Below the pieces are notes generated by a model. The model searched no databases. It saw only the letters and a list, made by a program, of their open reading frames with translations, and was not told where the DNA came from. A stretch of 64,000 nt of DNA, from the NCBI GenBank assembly GCA_039621445.1, contig CP154954.1, forward strand, positions 5,743,919 through 5,807,918. The letters are read 5' to 3'. Origin of the DNA: Euglena gracilis (taxonomy: Eukaryota). A program made the translations under genes and the position numbers. Positions 61,036 through 64,000 of the stretch are shown one piece after another. Numbering within the stretch: position 1 is the stretch's first letter; the number at the start of each line of letters is the position of its first letter.

Positions 61036-64000
61036 TCAAAAACTTGTCATGGAAACATCAATGTTGTGTTTCTTGTTCCACAGCTTCCAATCTTGCTGGA
61101 CATACCCAACAAAACTGGTTGCTGGCTCCCAAGTGTCCTCCTCGGGCCCATACCCTCTCCAGCGGACCTTCCAAAGGTATACAAGGTTATACCTTTGTCG
61201 ATTTTGTGATCGATAATTTTATCGACTACAAAGTCGTCCGTCTCAGGTAATCTGGAACGGGGTTTGAAGTGCAAACACGGGATGGGTTTCCCATCCGGTG
61301 GCGACAGGTATGGTTTGAAGTCGTCCATATGAACGTCCTCGACACCATTCGGTAATGCAACCTTGTAACGCCCGCTGGTACCTAGTCTTTCTAGGATTTC
61401 ACAGGGGCCGAGCCAGAGGGGGTCCAGCTTGGAAGACTGCATGCGAGTGCGGCTATTCCGCACCCACACGCCGTCACCGGGACTATACACAGGTGACTTG
61501 AAATTCTGCAAAAACGATTTCCGTTTGGTTGCATGAATATCAGTCACGCACTTCTGGACTGCGGAACGTAGATTTTCTACTTCCGCAAACCAGGTCTCGC
61601 AACTGACACTCGTTCGGGCGGGTCTCTCCGAAGGGACATCCCCTATGGCCGGAGGGTCCCGTCCGAAAACTAATTTATAGGGGGAGTGAGGTAAAACCAA
61701 CCCTGGTAGGGTATTGATATAAAACAAAGACCATGGTAGAACTGATATCCAGTTGCTGCGCGAGTCAGCCAGTGAAAGGCGAAGCATATTCACAACGGAT
61801 TTCACGGCTGCCTCGGCTCTACCATTGCCTTTGGGTCGGTATATAATGGAAAAATGTTGCTCGATTCCGAGTAAACCGCACAAAGTGGTGAAAAACCTTG
61901 AAGAAATCAAATGGTCTTGATCACTCACGATTTCATTCGGTAAACCCATTAAGCAAATGCATTTCTCCAAAAATATAGTTGCCAAACTTTGGGCAGTCAA
62001 CCCTGACTTCTGCCATGGAATGGCTACAATGTACCCACTCAGCCTGCAGACGACAACAAAAACGTAATCGTAAATTCTGTCGTCCGTTCCTTTGCACGGT
62101 TCTAATTCCAGAAAATCCATGCAGAGGGATGTAAAAATGTCAGGGGGTACGGGGAAAAAGTCCATCGTACCAGGGGGGGTACCTCTCCGGGGTTTTACCG
62201 CTTGACAAATTTGACACCGTTGCGCTATTCGCAAACAGCGTGAGTAAAGCTCTTTCTCGCTCAGGGTTGTGCAATATCTGCGGCCCACCAACGAAAGAAG
62301 TTTGGGGGCCCCAGGGTGACCATGGTTGTGATAACACAAAATCACATCATCAACCAGGTCCTGGGGAATACAATATTTGTAACCCGATTCATTGCGAAAA
62401 ACCAACCGTAAAGGTGAAAGAGTGTAATTCTCCAGCACTTCGCCATTACGAAGTGTGATGACAATGGTGTCATACACCGGGTCACGACTATAATCCCATT
62501 CGCGAAAGAACAGTGGGGAAGGGGACTCCGTGCGCGTAATACGCCGGGGTCCGGACGTGCTTCCACGTCGGCGCCTTCCGCGCACTGGTGCGATCAGGAA
62601 TAGTTGTGAAACGGGAAAAGAATCCAAAAGATTATCCGCAGCGTCGTTTCGACGTGCGTATTCGTCAGCTTCCTGACTTCCATGAAAAGTCGCGTCTCCC
62701 TCATCCGGGTTCCCAGGGTAATACCAAGCGGCCCGATTGAGCGGATCCGCTACTTTTTGTGGGTGACCAGGGGTATAAATAACCACAAGTTTGAATTGAC
62801 TCAAGAACTCATGCCATCTGCATCGCCTTCCGACCGATGACATGGCCTTGTTCAAATCCTCGGTGTACCAGTGTTGGAGACTCTCATGGTCGGTCTCGAC
62901 GAGGATCTGGACGAGGCTGCTGGCTACCCAGCTTCGGAATTTCTGGAGTATAAGCACGATTGCGTAGGTTTCCTTCTCGCGTATACTCCATTTGACTTGA
63001 CCTTTTCCATCGTCGCCCTGTAACTTTCTGCTGAAGAAAGCCACAGGTCGGAGCTCATTCGCCGCATTATGCTGGCTAAGAACTCCGCCAACAGCGTAAT
63101 CGCTGCTGTCGACTTCCAACACGTATGGTTTGTACGGGTCCGCGATTTCGAGGACAACATTCTCCAAAAGCAAAACCTTGATTTTCTCAAGGGCTTCACG
63201 CATTTGGTCATCCCAAATGACTTTGGTGTTGTCAACAGCCCGGTTTTTGAGCTGTTTGGTGAGGGGCACCGCAATTTTCGCGAAGTCCTTCATATAAATC
63301 GCGTAGTATTGGGCTAATCCCAAAAATCCTTTGAGGTGAGTAATCGTTTTGATTACCTCAGGGGTCCATTTCTTAATGGCTTCGAGTTTACTCGGAGCGG
63401 CTTTCCGCTGTCCATTGCTAAGGATATGACCGCAAAATTTTATAAGTATCCGAAACAAATGCAGTTTCGCGCCTTTCGCGAAAAGCACATGTTTTTGAAA
63501 AGCGGTTAATACCGCGCAAACATGGTGGAAGTGTGTGACGAGGATATCCTCGCTCGATTTTGCGGATGGTGGTGGTGTTCCCACCAGCACATCATCAATG
63601 TACACAATGGCAAACGGTAAATCGCGTAGAACCCATTGTATCACGCGCTGAAACATGGCTGGGCCATTCTTAACACCCATGGGGAGTACCGTCCATTGGT
63701 ACACACCCTTGGATGTCACGAATGCCGTGTATGGTTGGGAGTCAGGGTGTAAGTGCATTTGGTGAAAACCGTCCTCCAGATCGAAAATTGACCACAACCG
63801 GTTTTCCGATTGTTTGGTGATCAAATCCTCGATCAGGGGGAGCGGGAAGGGATCATCCCTTGTTTGGGAGTTCAGGTACCGGTAATCCAGCACCAGCCTC
63901 CATTTCTTCTGACCTGAGGGGTCTGGGGGTTTAGGAACAACGAATGCCTGGGATGTCCACTCGCTTTTCGAGGGTACAATCCACTTGCGCTGAATAAGCT
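61036..64000 (-). CDS. pol: pol of copy A2 (RT, RNaseH, integrase; chromodomain frameshifted at ~61185)
   Basis: Open frame of at least 948 aa with all catalytic motifs. Confidence 0.92.

Larger units (their letters stand above)
55267..64000 (-). mobile_element. Ty3/Gypsy chromodomain element, subfamily A copy 2 (continues beyond the window)
   Basis: Near-identical to 36170-44743. Confidence 0.92.

Overview
Repeat-rich eukaryotic genomic DNA, most likely from a euglenid (Euglena/Eutreptiella-like). That assignment is inferred from non-conventional stem-paired introns, spliced-leader-type acceptors and G/C-homopolymer MITEs. (1) 868-4235: two DIRS-type tyrosine-recombinase retrotransposon pieces joined in opposite orientation, one with left ITR + RT/RNaseH and one with YR C-terminus + ICR + right ITR. 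(2) ~4.3-29 kb: dense nested MITEs (hAT-like with 8-bp TSDs, and TA-TSD types). Most lie inside the introns of one minus-strand host gene that the ORF track misses: a four-exon, ~257-aa claudin/amastin-like tetraspan protein with three non-GT-AG introns (about 10.7 kb, 3.9 kb and 212 bp). (3) 29.9-32.5 kb: two 5'-truncated CRE-like (restriction-like endonuclease) non-LTR retrotransposons. (4) 32.5-64 kb: a nest of three copies (two subfamilies) of an unusual Ty3/Gypsy chromodomain retrotransposon. It has a UAG-plus-hairpin gag-pol readthrough junction, a DIRS/Dam-like adenine-methyltransferase-like domain between protease and RT, and a ~1,770-aa accessory gene after pol. That gene has its own conserved splice acceptor, a Cys/His finger, and a GT-AG intron in one subfamily only. 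Top hypotheses: this retroelement architecture, and the geometric match between the host's non-conventional introns and local hAT MITEs (CAG...CTG ends; 3+5 nt = one 8-bp TSD). All family assignments come from motif reading by eye, not from database searches.
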